NCBI GenBank assembly: GCA_964187785.1
Contig: OZ076409.1
Location: forward strand, 57,166,001 to 57,230,000
Direction of reading: 5' to 3'
Length of the DNA stretch: 64,000 nt
Source: Amphiscolops sp. MND2022
Lineage: Eukaryota
The notes beneath the pieces are model-generated. The model was not told where the DNA came from. It saw only the letters and a list, made by a program, of their open reading frames with translations, and did not search any database. This document shows positions 40,061 through 53,400 of this stretch, piece by piece; the stretch's first letter is position 1, and every line of letters starts with the position of its first letter. A program made the translations under genes and the position numbers.

Positions 40061-40260
40061 NNNNNNNNNNNNNNNNNNNNNNNNNNNNNNNNNNNNNNNN
40101 NNNNNNNNNNNNNNNNNNNNNNNNNNNNNNNNNNNNNNNNNNNNNNNNNNNNNNNNNNNNNNNNNNNNNNNNNNNNNNNNNNNNNNNNNNNNNNNNNNNN
40201 NNNNNNNNNNNNNNNNNNNNNNNNNNNNNNNNNNNNNNNNNNNNNNNNNNNNNNNNNNNN
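40061..40260. other. Assembly gap (200 N)
   Basis: Run of n. Confidence 1.
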
Positions 40261-40397
40261 CAGTTAGATCCAGTTTTTTCAGAGCGAAGCCCGGTCTGAA
40301 TTTTTCCTGAGGAGAATTAACCCATCTCTACTCAATCGAGCGCCACCCGTTTGCTAGTATTTAATTTTTTAAAGAACGAACCCCGTTCCCTCTTTTT

Positions 40398-41138
40398 TTA
40401 GTCGCTCCACCTTGATTGTCTTGACAACTCATCCTCAGCACGCTCAAGTCCAAACAAGTTATACAATTCTCTGGCTATTTTATTTGAAAGTACGGAATAA
40501 GCTCTGTGGATAGATTTAAACTGTTCTTCGCAGTCATTCACATCGGGATGAGTTACAGACGCTAACTTCTTGTAATTCCGTTTGATTGTCTCTTCATCCG
40601 CATCTTCCTTGACGAAAAGAACCTCGTACAAGGTGAAAAGACGTTGAATCAAGGTTTTTTGCTTTATTTCTTCGATGAGTTTTTCAGTGACCTTAGCCTT
40701 CGCCCGTTCACTTCTAACCAGAGTTCTTTGCTTTTCCAAATCTTCGCTGAGTCGCCTTATCTTGTCTTTGTGTGTATGTACATCCACCTCATGCTGGTGG
40801 ATATACCTTCGTGCATCTTCAACCTCCTGATGCACGTTTCTTCCTTCAAATTGTAGGCGCTCTTTCAGATTGTTCACTTCTGCCTTGGTGAGCTCCAACT
40901 CTTGTCGAATCCCGACAAGTTGGGTGGTGGAAATGTCCGCTCTCATCTTGATTTTGGATGGGCTGAGGGTGTCGTCCGTTGCAATTTTTCGCATCCCCGA
41001 GACACATCCTTGAATTCGATACAAGCCCGGTCCCACTTTCGATTTTATTTGATGAAGTTCGGGCAAGTAGTATACATATTCATTTATACAGTTGTTTTCC
41101 ATTTGTAAAAAATCTTTAAGGATTTTTATTGGTTTCAT
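40398..41138 (-). CDS. Coiled-coil + C-terminal J-domain protein 1 (246 aa)
   Basis: TLYEVLFVKEDADEETIKRNYKKLASVTHPDVNDCEEQFKSIHRAYSVLSNKIARELYN; HPD at 40542-40550; ATG 2 nt after the env stop. Confidence 0.88.
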   Translation of the reverse strand: MKPIKILKDFLQMENNCINEYVYYLPELHQIKSKVGPGLYRIQGCVSGMRKIATDDTLSPSKIKMRADISTTQLVGIRQELELTKAEVNNLKERLQFEGRNVHQEVEDARRYIHQHEVDVHTHKDKIRRLSEDLEKQRTLVRSERAKAKVTEKLIEEIKQKTLIQRLFTLYEVLFVKEDADEETIKRNYKKLASVTHPDVNDCEEQFKSIHRAYSVLSNKIARELYNLFGLERAEDELSRQSRWSD

Positions 41139-41140
41139 GA

Positions 41141-43100
41141 TTACTGTTCGTCATTCAGTGTAACGTGCAATTTTGTTTCTGATGAGCTTTGTGCATCATT
41201 TAGGAGCATTGAGGATCTGGGTTGTTGATTTTTGAGCTCCTTAACATCTATTAAAAATTTATTGTGTTCATAAAACGGATTAAGCGGTTGCAAAGCAAAT
41301 CGCGTTTTCGTACCCAATCGTTTCAATCGAATTATGACAATTATTTTGAATCCTAGTCGAACCAGCATTCCGATTAACGTGATTGTCAGTATAGTTACTG
41401 CTATCTCTCTCGCTATCCACCAAAAAAACAGCGTTTTCTTCTTTACCGATTGCAACCACGGTAGTACTCTCCAGCTGAACCCAATCTGGTGCTCTGGAAA
41501 ATTGAGATGAAACAAAGTTTCAAGCGAGTACGTGCCTTGTGAACCCAGATACACCTCAACCGGTTACTGTTGTACGGCTATGGCGAATGGAGCGCGCGCG
41601 ATTGCTTCTAACAAGATCTTCTATTGTGAACAACCCATTACCCTTCAAACCCACAATTTCATGTTGCCTTAGTTCCCGTGAAGAGCTGTTCCGAAAAACA
41701 ACAGGTTCGACTCGCGCTAGTTCGGTTGTTTTTCAATACGTCACCCAGGATCCGTTTAGCAACTGATACAAATTGGGGTACACTGGGTTGCATTCGGTCA
41801 GTGTGTAGTTGTTGTAAAAAATCTTTGAAATTGGATTCATGAATTTAATCACGGACTCTTTCCTATCCCCAAGTCTCACATGGATTTCTTCTGTGCAGAA
41901 GTCTAAAGTTGCCAGTGTAATTTCCATTTTTGCACATCTGTGTAAGTATACAAACTCGCCCGCACGTTCAATATGTGTTCCCACTATCTCGTCCCCAATT
42001 ATTGCACTGTCGAGATTTGAAACTAACAATAATTTGAGCCTGGCCTCCACATCTTGAATTCGACATCTCTGGAAGTTGACTTCCTGCCAAACTCGTTCAA
42101 TTTCCTGTAACATTTGGGCATGTAAAAAATCAACTTGGCTCTGTAGGAGCATTTCTTTGTCAATGTTGTTCATAATTTTAACTGGTAAATCTGTATCTTC
42201 GAATGAAAAGAAAATTCCTTTCATGATGGTTGGGTGAACTGTAAGGTTACACAAAGAAACAGGCTGGTAATGAATTTCCAGTGCGAACTTTCTGCCTTGT
42301 CTGTTGCTAACGAATCCCGTTAGCATGCTGTTTTTTTCACCAACTAATTTGATCACATTGTTTCTTCCATTTATGCTGGAGAGTTTATAAAGGTCGCACT
42401 CTATTGACTTGGTCACCAAGTAAACCACAAAATCTTTTTCGAAATCAGTTTCGATGTCGTCGCTTGTTATAGGGTTTCCGAGAAGGTCGTTCCACTTATG
42501 GAAGTTGCTTCCGCCAAGTTGCTTCTGAGTGAACACTTTTCCAATTGTCAGTCGTCCATTGATGAGGACAGACGCTTCAATTACTTCTCCTGTTGGTGTT
42601 GTCCAGTCGATTGAAGTTGAAAACCCAATTCCTTCTCCTTTAGCTTTCATAAATTTTGCTGAGTAGGCGAAGTTCATAAACAACTCATGCTGAGAATTAT
42701 TTACTTCTTCTATATCAGTCTTTTTCAATTGGAACCGATTTTTGCTGGATCCCGGTAATATGAAATGTTTTGATGCCCACGCATGACGACAAACTTCAAT
42801 CGAAATCAGGTAAAATGTTGGTAAAATTTTTGGATTTTTCATGTACAACACCGTATACGAGGCTTGATAATGACAAGTTTTCATTTCCCGTCTACTTACG
42901 TTGTCGCTGAACACCATTGAACCACGTGGCACTGACGCCATCTCACCCGAACCTCGAGTACATTTTTTTATCAGTTAAGGAGTACATCGTGGTCCCTACA
43001 ACTTGCTCGGAGTCGTATCCTACAGTTTTAACGTTTTCTTCGTGCACCGATACGGCAATAATAATCAAAAGTAGTATTATCTTGTTACCTGTGTCTCTGT
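41141..43100 (-). pseudogene. env-like membrane glycoprotein, chuvirus-G-like, frameshifted
   Basis: Signal-like ILLLIIIAVSV then VGYDS; motifs QRC, AGEFVYLHRC...CTEEIHV...FMNPISKI...CNPVYPNLY...GSW; C-terminal TM IAVTILTITLIGMLV. Confidence 0.75.
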
Positions 43101-43144
43101 TTTCTCTTGGGATTTGCATTCTTTTTCCGTGTTCTCGGCTGCTC

Positions 43145-46100
43145 CTAATTTCCTGAAGCAAAAACGTCGTTGTCATCGAAAGAAGTATCGTTATTGTACA
43201 CAAAGCAGTCACCGAATCTTTTCGGAACTGATCGGATACGAGTATTCTCCTCCCTTTGTGGCACTATTGGAGGCCTTCTCTCGTTTTTTGGTTTCATAAC
43301 TTTTGTTTGAGGCGTTTTCAATAGAACCGATTCATTGTTAACTCCCTCTGCACAACTTTTCGTTGTCGCTCCGCCATCAGATTCCTTTAACTCGCTTGTG
43401 CTCGCAGTAGGCCCTTGTTCGCTTTCGGTACTTTTTTGCGTCTCATCTGGATTGGCTACTCGTTCCCTCTTTCCTAATTTACCTATCTGTTCAATCTCAA
43501 CCTCTATTAGGTCGTCATCGGTGATCCCAGATTCGTCTGTTTGTTGAGTTTCAGTGTGTTCCTGGGTTCCGCTCATTCTTGTGAAGATTCCATTCGCGGT
43601 TTGTACTTTTTCATTCGATCTTAATGTACTTTGATTTCTTTTCTGGTCTCTTCGTGGCACACACGGAAATTCAGATCGTTGATTATTTCGAGAATTTTGT
43701 ATGATCCTCGGTAGAACGAGGTGAACTCCTTTGTTTGTCCCTTCTTTACTGTAGGGAAGAATATAAGCACTTGTTCACCCACGTGGTAGACAGGGCCATA
43801 TGCGCGGTAATCATAATACGTTTTCTGTCGTGTTTGTTCTAATTCCATGTGCGATCTCACAAGATGGTGAGCTTTTTGCAGTTCTCTTTTTGTGTTGTAA
43901 ATAAAATCACTCGGAGTCGCGAATAATTCGGTATGACGTGTCTCGTACATACAATCAATCGGTAATCTCAATGGTGTTCCCATCACAAGATAGTTTGGAC
44001 TATGTTTAGTGACTGCATGAATTGACGAGCGATATACCATCATGACCAGTTGCAAATAACAGATCCAATCGCTCTGGTGATCATCGATGTGTTCCGATAA
44101 GTTTTCTTCAATGGTCCGGTTTGTTCTTTCAATCGTCGCCTTGCCTTCTGGATGAAAAGGAGTGATGGATGTCCGTTAAATGCCCAAAACCCGACACAAC
44201 TCTGTAAAGAGTTCCGACATAAAAATTGTTCCTTTATCACTATGTAAATTCACGAGACATCCGAATTTTGTGATCCGGTTATCGACTAATGCTTGTGCGA
44301 CTGTTTTTGCTTCCTGATTTGCCATGGCAACGGCTTCGTACCATTTACTAAATTGATCACCAATCAACAAAATGTACTTTTGGCCATTGGATTCTGGCAA
44401 AGGACCCATCACATCTAATGATACCTGCCAAAAAGGATGGCTCGTTTTCCACATTTTTAGACTGTGTCTGTGTTTCTGAGGGGTGCCTTTTCTCGTCAAG
44501 CATTTATCACATCTTTGAACCCAGCTGTTCACGTCTCGTTTCATCCAGGGCAAAAGAACCGTTCTTGAGCTCTCTGATATGTCTTTTCGATTCCGAAATG
44601 GCCTCTGCACGGAGACTCGTGCAGCAATGATAGATTGTTGGAAATTTGATTCTCCGCAACAATAAGCTGATGTACCCAACGATCTCCGTCTTCTAACTTT
44701 TTTTCTTCTGAAGAGAAGTCCTTGTATCAACCGGAGATTCTTGAAGTCCACCCAAAATTTCCATAGTTCTTTAGAAGCTCCGTTCATGTTTTTTCGATCA
44801 GGTTTCTGCTTTTCTTCAATCCATTTTAGGACTTTCTTTATGTTGTTATCTTCATGCTGTTTCATTTGCATACTATTACGATCTGTATTCTGAAGTAACA
44901 TCCATGGGTTCGCAGGAAGTTCCTCCATTGTCCTGTTTTCTGTCAGTGCTGCCACATAGACAGTTATCGGATCTTCCTCCTCCGGCAGTACTCGCGATAA
45001 ACAATCTGCATGAGGGATGCTTCTACCCGCTTTATGTTTAAATTCAAAGTCAAATTGTCCAAGTTTTTCCAACCAAGGTGCAACCATCACTTCTGGATCT
45101 TTGAAACTGTAGAGCCATACCAAGGCTCTGTGATCAGTAACTATTGAAAATTTTCTACCTAAGAGATTGGTTTTGAAATGATTTGTAAAATGGACAATGT
45201 TGTCCTTTTAGTTGCTGAATAGTTTTTTTAGCTTCTGTTCAGAGTTTTGCTGGCGAAAGAAATAACTCGATCAATTCTTTTTTGTTGCTGTGTTAGGACT
45301 GCCCCAGTTCCCGTTCGTGAAGCATCCGTAGTTAGATTGTACTCATCTCGATTGTTCGGATACCCCAAAATAGGTGCCGACAACAATTTTCCTTTCAGCT
45401 CTTGCAAGGCCTGTTTGCATTCTTTCGTCCACGCGAATTTGTTTTTTTTTCTTCAGAGGATTGTACAGAGGTTCTGAAGTCTTTCCGAAACCTGGAATAA
45501 ATGTTCTATAGAAACCCACCAACCCAAGGACTGCTCTAACTTCTTTCAGACAAGTTGGTTATTTCATTTTCTCAACTGCCTTCACTTTTTCTTCATCCAC
45601 CTCAACCCCATTTTCAGAGATGACATGTCCTAAGAAATGTATTCTCTTCTGGAGGAATTGCTCAATCTGATTGTTGAAACCCGAATCATTTGAGTGTCTC
45701 GAGAAAATTGTCTCGTACTTATTGCATTATGTACTTACTTGGTGCAGCTGGTCCTTTGACAGATTTTTATTTTCTATATTAACAATTCTCCTGAAGCTGA
45801 AATCTTCGCGCTTCGTTTTGTCTTCTGTTTGTCGTTTTAATTTTAATGAATGTTCATCCAACTCCAATGTTTCTGGTGTACCTACCCTAGTATACCGATA
45901 AGTAACAATATCTTCATTGTGTATGTTCAATAGTCTTACCCAACACGTTCTGTTGTGATCGTTCACTAAGGCATGAGCAACCCATAATCCTGCCGCTTCT
46001 TGGAAGTTTTCGAGGGGGTTTATTATACGTTCTAACTTGGTAGCCTTCGAACCATCCTCGTAAATCAACTCACACTGCACTAGTGTCTCAGTTCGTGCAG

Positions 46101-46599
46101 GAATTGCTTGGTTTGACTTGACTACCAAACATGTTGACCTCTTTTTACTAGCATTTGACTTTAGTTCCAAGCTTCGGTTTATTTTTCCACAGAATAGTTT
46201 CTGTTGTTTCGCGTACAGTATACAATCGTTTTGTACCATGAAATCTAATCCCATTAGGCACGGGAAAAAATCCAATGCTGAGATTAAAAATGTGGCCCGA
46301 GCTTCGGCTGTAAACTTTTCGAGATGAACGATCAGTTCAACTTTACCCTTTATCAGTAGAGGCGAGTTATTGGCCGTGAGTAACTTCCCGTTATAATCTT
46401 CCGTTTTACCACTGAACGTTATTGTTTGCAAATACGACCAGCTGACCAGTGAGATGCTACTACCACTGACAACTAAAGCAGTTGTAAGTTTTCCTTGCAG
46501 CAAAAACGTTGTGTTTAAAGCGTGTATATTAGTTTGACTCAGTTCAGTCATTCCCATAATGGCCAAAGTCGATCGAGGGAAATGTGTAGCCATTTCCAC
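43145..46599 (-). pseudogene. pol remnants: protease, RT C-terminus, RNase H, integrase; RT core apparently deleted
   Basis: ALVVSGS protease-like motif; FLGHVISENGVEVD; DAS RNase H; PFWQVSLDVMGP...HSDKG integrase; GPY/F-like YRGSY; no YxDD seen. Confidence 0.85.
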
Positions 46600-49318
46600 A
46601 TCGGCCTGTTTTAGTTTAAAAAAGGACAGTCTTTTTTGAAATGCTGTGAGCTTCCGCAGTTATAGCAATTCCTACACTCTCTCGCCCAGTAACCACGTTG
46701 ACCGCATCTATGACAACTATCCCCTGCGATTCCCGCTCGATCCGATTCTGAAACCCTCTCTCGAGATTGGGATCTGCTTTGTCCGCTTTCCGACCTACCG
46801 GGCGTTTGTTGTCTGCCTTTATATCCTCCGCGTCCTCTGCTTCGTCCCCTCGACTTCCATCTCCCCCGTTTCCGTTTCTATCACTATCTCTTGAACTACT
46901 TCTTCGGTATTGTTTCCTTTCCGGAAAACTGTTGCGATTGTCATTTCGCGAATCTCGCGAAAGAGAGTTTTTCTATCAACCGATTCACAGATTTAATCAA
47001 TCTCTCATTGTTGTCGGGTTGAAGCACAGCGACTCTGGGTACTTTTTCTTCTTCCTCAATTCTAGTGACGGCTTCAAGGTGCAGAGCCATCTCTAGTATG
47101 CGCTCAATGTTCATTTCAGCGTCTCCAATTGTCTTTCTGAGATCTAGTCTCACTTGACTATTACGGATTCCCTCAAGGAATCCCCTAACTACCAAGTGAT
47201 CTCTTATCTTTTTTGATTCACCCGGGTAGGCCTTCATCGCTAAGCCCTGTAAGTCTCCTAGAAAATCGGTTAATATCTCCCCCGGGCTTTGCGTCCTCCT
47301 TGCAAGCCGTCCCCGGATTACCACTGGTTTATCAGTGTAATTAGTTCTGAAAGTTTTCTTCAACTCGTCATAACTCGCTTTTTGAGCGTCAGTTAAAGTT
47401 CGATAGAAATCAATTGCGGATTTTTGGAGACGTAATCAAAATCATGCGGCCGATCATCACTTTCTATGACATTTCCTTCACGAGTTTCTGTTCTAACCCA
47501 GTTCTGGAGGTTAGCTAACAGTTCGAAATGAGTTATATAACTTTCGATGTCATTGGAGCCAGTGAACGGTTCCGGTAATAACATCTTGGAAGTACCCGTA
47601 GCCATCGTAGCTATCAACCCGACCTTGCTCTTCTTTCCTTTATGTGTACCGAATCTACTTAAGGAAAAGTTACGCTAGACAACTTTTGGGATTTTATTTT
47701 TAAGCATTAGCTCTTTGATAGTGACCCACTAGCAAAAGTTTGTTGTTTTTCGAAATCAGTGAAACCCACTGATTTGTTTTGAAGACTATTTTTTTCTTAG
47801 TTTCTTTTGTTTTCAATTATTGATATTTTCTACGCTTTGGTTGTTTCAGTTTCTTTTTCTTGTAGGATTGTCCGTTTAAAATGGTTTCTACGTTGTTTCG
47901 ATGTTATTTCTGCTATGTGTTTAAAGCGTGTATATTAGTTTGACTCAGTTCAGTCATTCCCATAATGGCCAAAGTCGATCGAGGGAAATGTGTAGCCATT
48001 TCCACATCGGCCTGTTTTAGTTTAAAAAAGGACAGTCTTTTTTGAAATGCTGTGAGCTTCCGCAGTTATAGCAATTCCTACACTCTCTCGCCCAGTAACC
48101 ACGTTGACCGCATCTATGACAACTATCCCCTGCGATTCCCGCTCGATCCGATTCTGAAACCCTCTCTCGAGATTGGGATCTGCTTTGTCCGCTTTCCGAC
48201 CTACCGGGCGTTTGTTGTCTGCCTTTATATCCTCCGCGTCCTCTGCTTCGTCCCCCTCGACTTCCATCTCCCCCGTTTCCGTTTCTATCACTATCTCTTG
48301 AACTACTTCTTCGGTATTGTTTCCTTTCCGGAAAACTGTTGCGGTTGTCATTTCGCGAATCTCGCGAAAGAGAGTTTTTCTATCAACCGATTCACAGATT
48401 TAATCAATCTCTCATTGTTGTCGGGTTGAAGCACAGCGACTCTGGGTACTTTTTCTTCTTCCTCAATTCTAGTGACGGCTTCAAGGTGCAGAGCCATCTC
48501 TAGTATGCGCTCAATGTTCATTTCAGCGTCTCCAATTGTCTTTCTGAGATCTAGTCTCACTTGACTATTACGGATTCCCTCAAGGAATCCCCTAACTACC
48601 AAGTGATCTCTTATCTTTTTTGATTCACCCGGGTAGGCCTTCATCGCTAAGCCCTGTAAGTCTCCTAGAAAATCGGTTAATATCTCCCCCGGGCTTTGCG
48701 TCCTCCTCGCAAGCCGTCCCCGGATTACCACTGGTTTATCAGTGTAATTAGTTCTGAAAGTTTTCTTCAACTCGTCATAACTCGCTTTTTGAGCGTCAGT
48801 TAAAGTTCGATAGAAATCAATTGCGGATTTTTGGAGACGTAATCAAAATCATGCGGCCGATCATCACTTTCTATGACATTTCCTTCACGAGTTTCTGTTC
48901 TAACCCAGTTCTGGAGGTTAGCTAACAGTTCGAAATGAGTTATATAACTTTCGATGTCATTGGAGCCAGTGAACGGTTCCGGTAATAACATCTTGGAAGT
49001 ACCCGTAGCCATCGTAGCTATCAACCCGACCTTGCTCTTCTTTCCTTTATGTGTACCGAATCTACTTAAGGAAAAGTTACGCTAGACAACTTTTAGGATT
49101 TTATTTTTAAGCATTAGCTCTTTGATAGTGACCCACTAGCAAAAGTTTGTTGTTTTTCGAAATCAGTGAAACCCACTGATTTGTTTTGAAGACTATTTTT
49201 TTCTTAGTTTCTTTTGTTTTCAATTATTGATATTTTCTACGCTTTGGTTGTTTCAGTTTCTTTTTCTTGTAGGATTGTCCGTTTAAAATGGTTTCTACGT
49301 TGTTTCGATGTTATTTCT
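46510..49318 (-). repeat. Tandem duplication (~1.4 kb) of gag + 5'UTR within the LTR element
   Basis: 46510-47911 and 47916-49318 near identical; gag ORFs 46941/48348 and 47393/48800; separated by gcta. Confidence 0.95.
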
Positions 49319-50483
49319 TACCCGTCTTCAAAATAACTTCGAAATAAAATTGTTCTACCGAAAAATTATTCTCGTACAGTGGAAGTTGGTTTTACGTTTA
49401 TGTGATTTTCGAGGATTCCGATTTAAGTATCGATTCGATTTAATTTTGAAAAATTAAGTTTTACTCGTGTTTATAGTACATCTCGTTTTTTTTCAATATG
49501 TCCAACGAACTTTTTTTCTCCGTCGTTGATTGCGGGTCTGATACTATTTGGAGTATCTAAGTCGATAAGTCGTTTCCTTTTTTCCTTGTCACCACTGTAG
49601 CGTTCCGAGATGAAAGTTTTGTTGAATTTGAAGGATTTTCGGAACGAGTTGAGTTGACTGGAATGATTTTTGAAGAAGGTTTCATTTTGAATGGTAAATT
49701 AGAAGATATTGAGGTTGAAATTGATAGATAGAGAAAATTGTATCCAGCGCGAAAGATGGTTGAAAGAAAGTTGGAAGATTCGACGCAGAAAGGCTCAAAA
49801 GCAAAATGTCTAACTTCTCACACTTCCCTAAATACCGCTTATCAGACAATATTTTGGTGAGTCCCACCATTATTGGAGTTATTTTAATACATTATACACA
49901 GACTTGTCGAAACCCGTTGGCCTGCGGTTACGTTATCAACGTTTACTGTCGAACCCCGACAGTACAATGTGACTAAGTTGTCGAGCCCGTCAACTTCAAT
50001 TTACGATGTGTCACATAAATATTATTTTATTGCCAACCATATTTTAGTCTATAAAGTCTCTCCATTTTTTTCATTTAATTCTTGCTTCACTTTGATTTTC
50101 AAAAATATCATAAAGGTTTCCTATAGTCGCTTTGGTGAAGTTTATCACCACCTCTATGAGAAGCATTTCATTTCCTTCACCTAAAGACATTATTAAATGC
50201 CATTTTGCTTTGTTTTCTACAAGAATATGTAAGTCGAGAAGTTAAATTCTGTCGAGAATCGAGACCGAGAATTAAGTTTCAGATTTTTCGAGACCGAGAA
50301 TCGAGAAATGGGAAGTCACTCGAGAATCGAGAATGATTTTGTCGAGATCTCGACAACCCTGTATACAACACAAAGTTCCGACCACAGTCTTAGTCATGCT
50401 TTTCCACGCGCTAATAATCAGTCATTTCGAATACTCTGCAGTTTTTTTTACTCAAAAATCCCCTCCTTTACTACTTTCCCTTG

Positions 50484-53400
50484 AAAGAAAGAAAGAAAGA
50501 AAGAAAGAAAGAATTAAATTTTCTCTGAAGCTATGTTTAAAAATTTGAACAATAGTACCAGTACAGAAGTTAAGTACAATGCAGTCAGTTTAAATAAAAT
50601 ATAGCACCAGAGGGGACCCTCCAAAGGTTATTATTCCTAAACGGGGGAGGACCCTCCAAACACAAGGGCATCAACAAAAAATTTTGTCTGCCAGACGTTT
50701 GCTACTTATTTTGTTTTTAATTTTTAATATCAATCTTTTAGTCTCATTTTCACCGATAGATTCATAATTGCGAGGTAATAGCTTCGTTTTCAGTAGATGA
50801 TTCAGTAAGACAGTTCCACGATATTTTAGTGATTGTCGGCTAACTTGCGTTCGTGCTTCAGGTACATAAAACAGATTGGAAGAAACACACCGAGTAAAAA
50901 CAAGTGAATTTTTGTGGATAAATACGCTCCTGATGTTATGCAGTTGACTTTCTCTACCAGAACGCACGGCGAATTTTAATAGTTCAAATACGTATAGATC
51001 AAAAACATTCATAATTTCGCTTCTTTTGAACAATTCATCCGATGGATATCATCTGTTTTTAAAATATGTAATACAGAGGATTTTTTTCTGAACAAGAAAT
51101 ATATCATTCAGTACACTCTTCCTCGTGCACCCATATATCAAGAGTCCGTATTGGATAATTGGTTTCATGTATGTTTTATAATATTGTATCACTACCGAAC
51201 TACTGGTGAAATGCCTTAGACGGTTAATAATGGATACATGTTTAGCTAATTTATTCAGTACTCGTTTGACGTGGAAACCATAAGTTAAATTTTTATCAAG
51301 TAAGATACCCAGATTATTAACGTATTCAATACATGTTATTTCAGTATTTTTCAATACTATGCTTTCATCTTTGCAGTTTAAAACATGGACCAATTCAGTT
51401 TTAGGAATATTTTGACTAAGTTTATTCATAGCCATTCATCCAGGAATTTGTTCAACTTCATCTTGTAATGTAGATGTCTCATTTTTGGGTCTCGCGTAAA
51501 CGCAATTAGCATCATCCGCAAAGAGAAACGGAATGATGTTTTTACACGAGTTCGGGAAATCATTTACATAAATTATAAAGAGCAGTGGGCCAAGAATAGA
51601 TCCTTGAGGAACGCCGCAGTCAATAAGTAATGGTTTTGAGACTTTACCGTTAATTGAAACACATTGACTTCGTTTACTTAGATATGATGTGAACCAATCC
51701 AAGCAAACCCCTCTGACACCGTATGCTTCGAGTTTATACAAGAGAAATTCATGGTTTATTGTATCGAAGGCTTTTTGTAAATCAAGCAAAATACAAGAAA
51801 TATCGAGGTTAGAATTATCCCTAATCATTTCTGTAATATCGGAAAGAGCGTGAATGGGGCTCAGTTTTGACCTGAATCCAAATTGATTTGGGAATAATAG
51901 CTTATTTTTATCCATGAATTTATATAATCGTTCACGCACAACACGTTCAAATATTTTGCTCAATACTGATAAAACAGATATGGGTCTGTAATTTTCACGT
52001 ATAGATTTTTTGCCGGATTTGTATATCGGTACCACTCTCGCAGCTTTCAAAACCTGAGGAAATGTTCCACTTTTTAGCGATTCATTCACGAGATGAGTTA
52101 ATTTTTCAACTATTACATCGTGACTCACTTTTAGTATTTCTGCAGTCAGTCCATCTAGACCAGGTGATTTATGGTTCTTAAGATTTTTTATAATCCTCGA
52201 AATCTCAGTGCCATCAGCTGGATAAAAAAATAGTGATTTTTCATTGTTTTTATACCATGAGTCGTGAATAGGACATTATCAATTGAAGCAGCTAAGGTTT
52301 TACTCATGGAAACAAATTTTTCATTGAACGACTCGGCCACATCAATATCATCCGTAATCAATTCATTTTTATCATTCTTGATAACAAAGTTGGAATTTTT
52401 TGTTGCTTTACCAGTGATTTTGTTTAGTTCTTTGTAGAAACATTTAGGAGTATTGATAAGCCCATTCAGACGTGAATCGTAGTATTCGCGCTTGCTTTTA
52501 CGAAGCTGCTGGTGCACATTATTTCTTGCTCTTGTGTAGCGTAGCTTGTTCTGATAGGTTTTACAGCGCTTGTATCTGTGGAAACTACAATTTCTTCGAA
52601 TTAAGGCCTTTTTTACTTCCTTTGTGAACCAAGGTCTTACGGCATCTTGGTGTTCTGATTGTTTTTCAACTGTGAAAGCATTAACTGCTTCCGATATTGC
52701 ATTGACAAACGATTCAGTAGATGCATTGATGTCCTGTCCTAAGTCTACAAGTTCCAGGCAATGTTTTAAGTAATTTAGATAGAGATTTGTTGCATTACCG
52801 TCCCGGAGAAACGGTCTATCCTTAATAAAATGTTGAGAACGAATGGATTTAGATTTATTTATATTCAAATCAACGTAGGTTGCAAAATGGTCTGTAATAT
52901 ACGTCTTGATAACTCCAAATTCCAGAGGTCTTTGGTAGTCATTATGGATTATATGATCGTTTAACGATTCTGAGTCAAGCGTTACACCGGTTGGTTCTTC
53001 GATTCCTTGGGCGCAACCATAAATTTCCAACAATTTCAGATACCTATCTGCAACAGGGTTGCATTCCAAGAGGTCAATATTAATATCGCCTATTAGATAG
53101 TAGTTCTTAATTTGACTAAGAGACTCAAGAAGTAACTCAAACTGATCCAAGAAATGCTGTTTATTTACGGAAGGCGAATTGTATAAGCATACAACGGTAA
53201 ATTTTTCCTTATTCCTAGCAGTACAATTGACTCCAGTATAGTTTAGATCAGGAATAGAATCTTTCTGTATGTTAAGCTCCAAAAGTTCAAATGCCAGCGA
53301 TTCATGGACATATAATGCAACACCTTCATTTCTTGTTGAACCAGGATCAAATTCCATAGGTGCATAGGATTCTAGTGCGTAGGCATTTTTGTCTGAGGAT

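Larger units (their letters stand above)
38992..50125 (-). mobile_element. Gypsy-type LTR retroelement with env-like gene and two J-domain ORFs
   Basis: LTRs 49596-50125 (530 bp) and 38992-39503 (missing ~20 terminal bp); PBS-like tggtgacaagg at 49584-49594; PPT gggaggggagaaa at 39504-39516; order gag-PR-(RT remnant)-RH-IN-env-J-J. Confidence 0.92.
38558..50361 (+). mobile_element. hAT deletion derivative hosting the Gypsy-env-J element
   Basis: 14-bp TIR cagggttgtcgaga/tctcgacaaccctg; perfect 8-bp TSD tatacaac (38550-38557, 50362-50369); hATC-like remnant RPTSCDVERMFS (38729-38914); tcgaga subterminal repeats. Confidence 0.92.

Noticed and set aside
39554..41138. J-domain ORFs as ordinary host dnaJ genes
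   Set aside because: They are intronless, abut env, lie between the paired LTRs upstream of the PPT and lack G/F or zinc-finger domains
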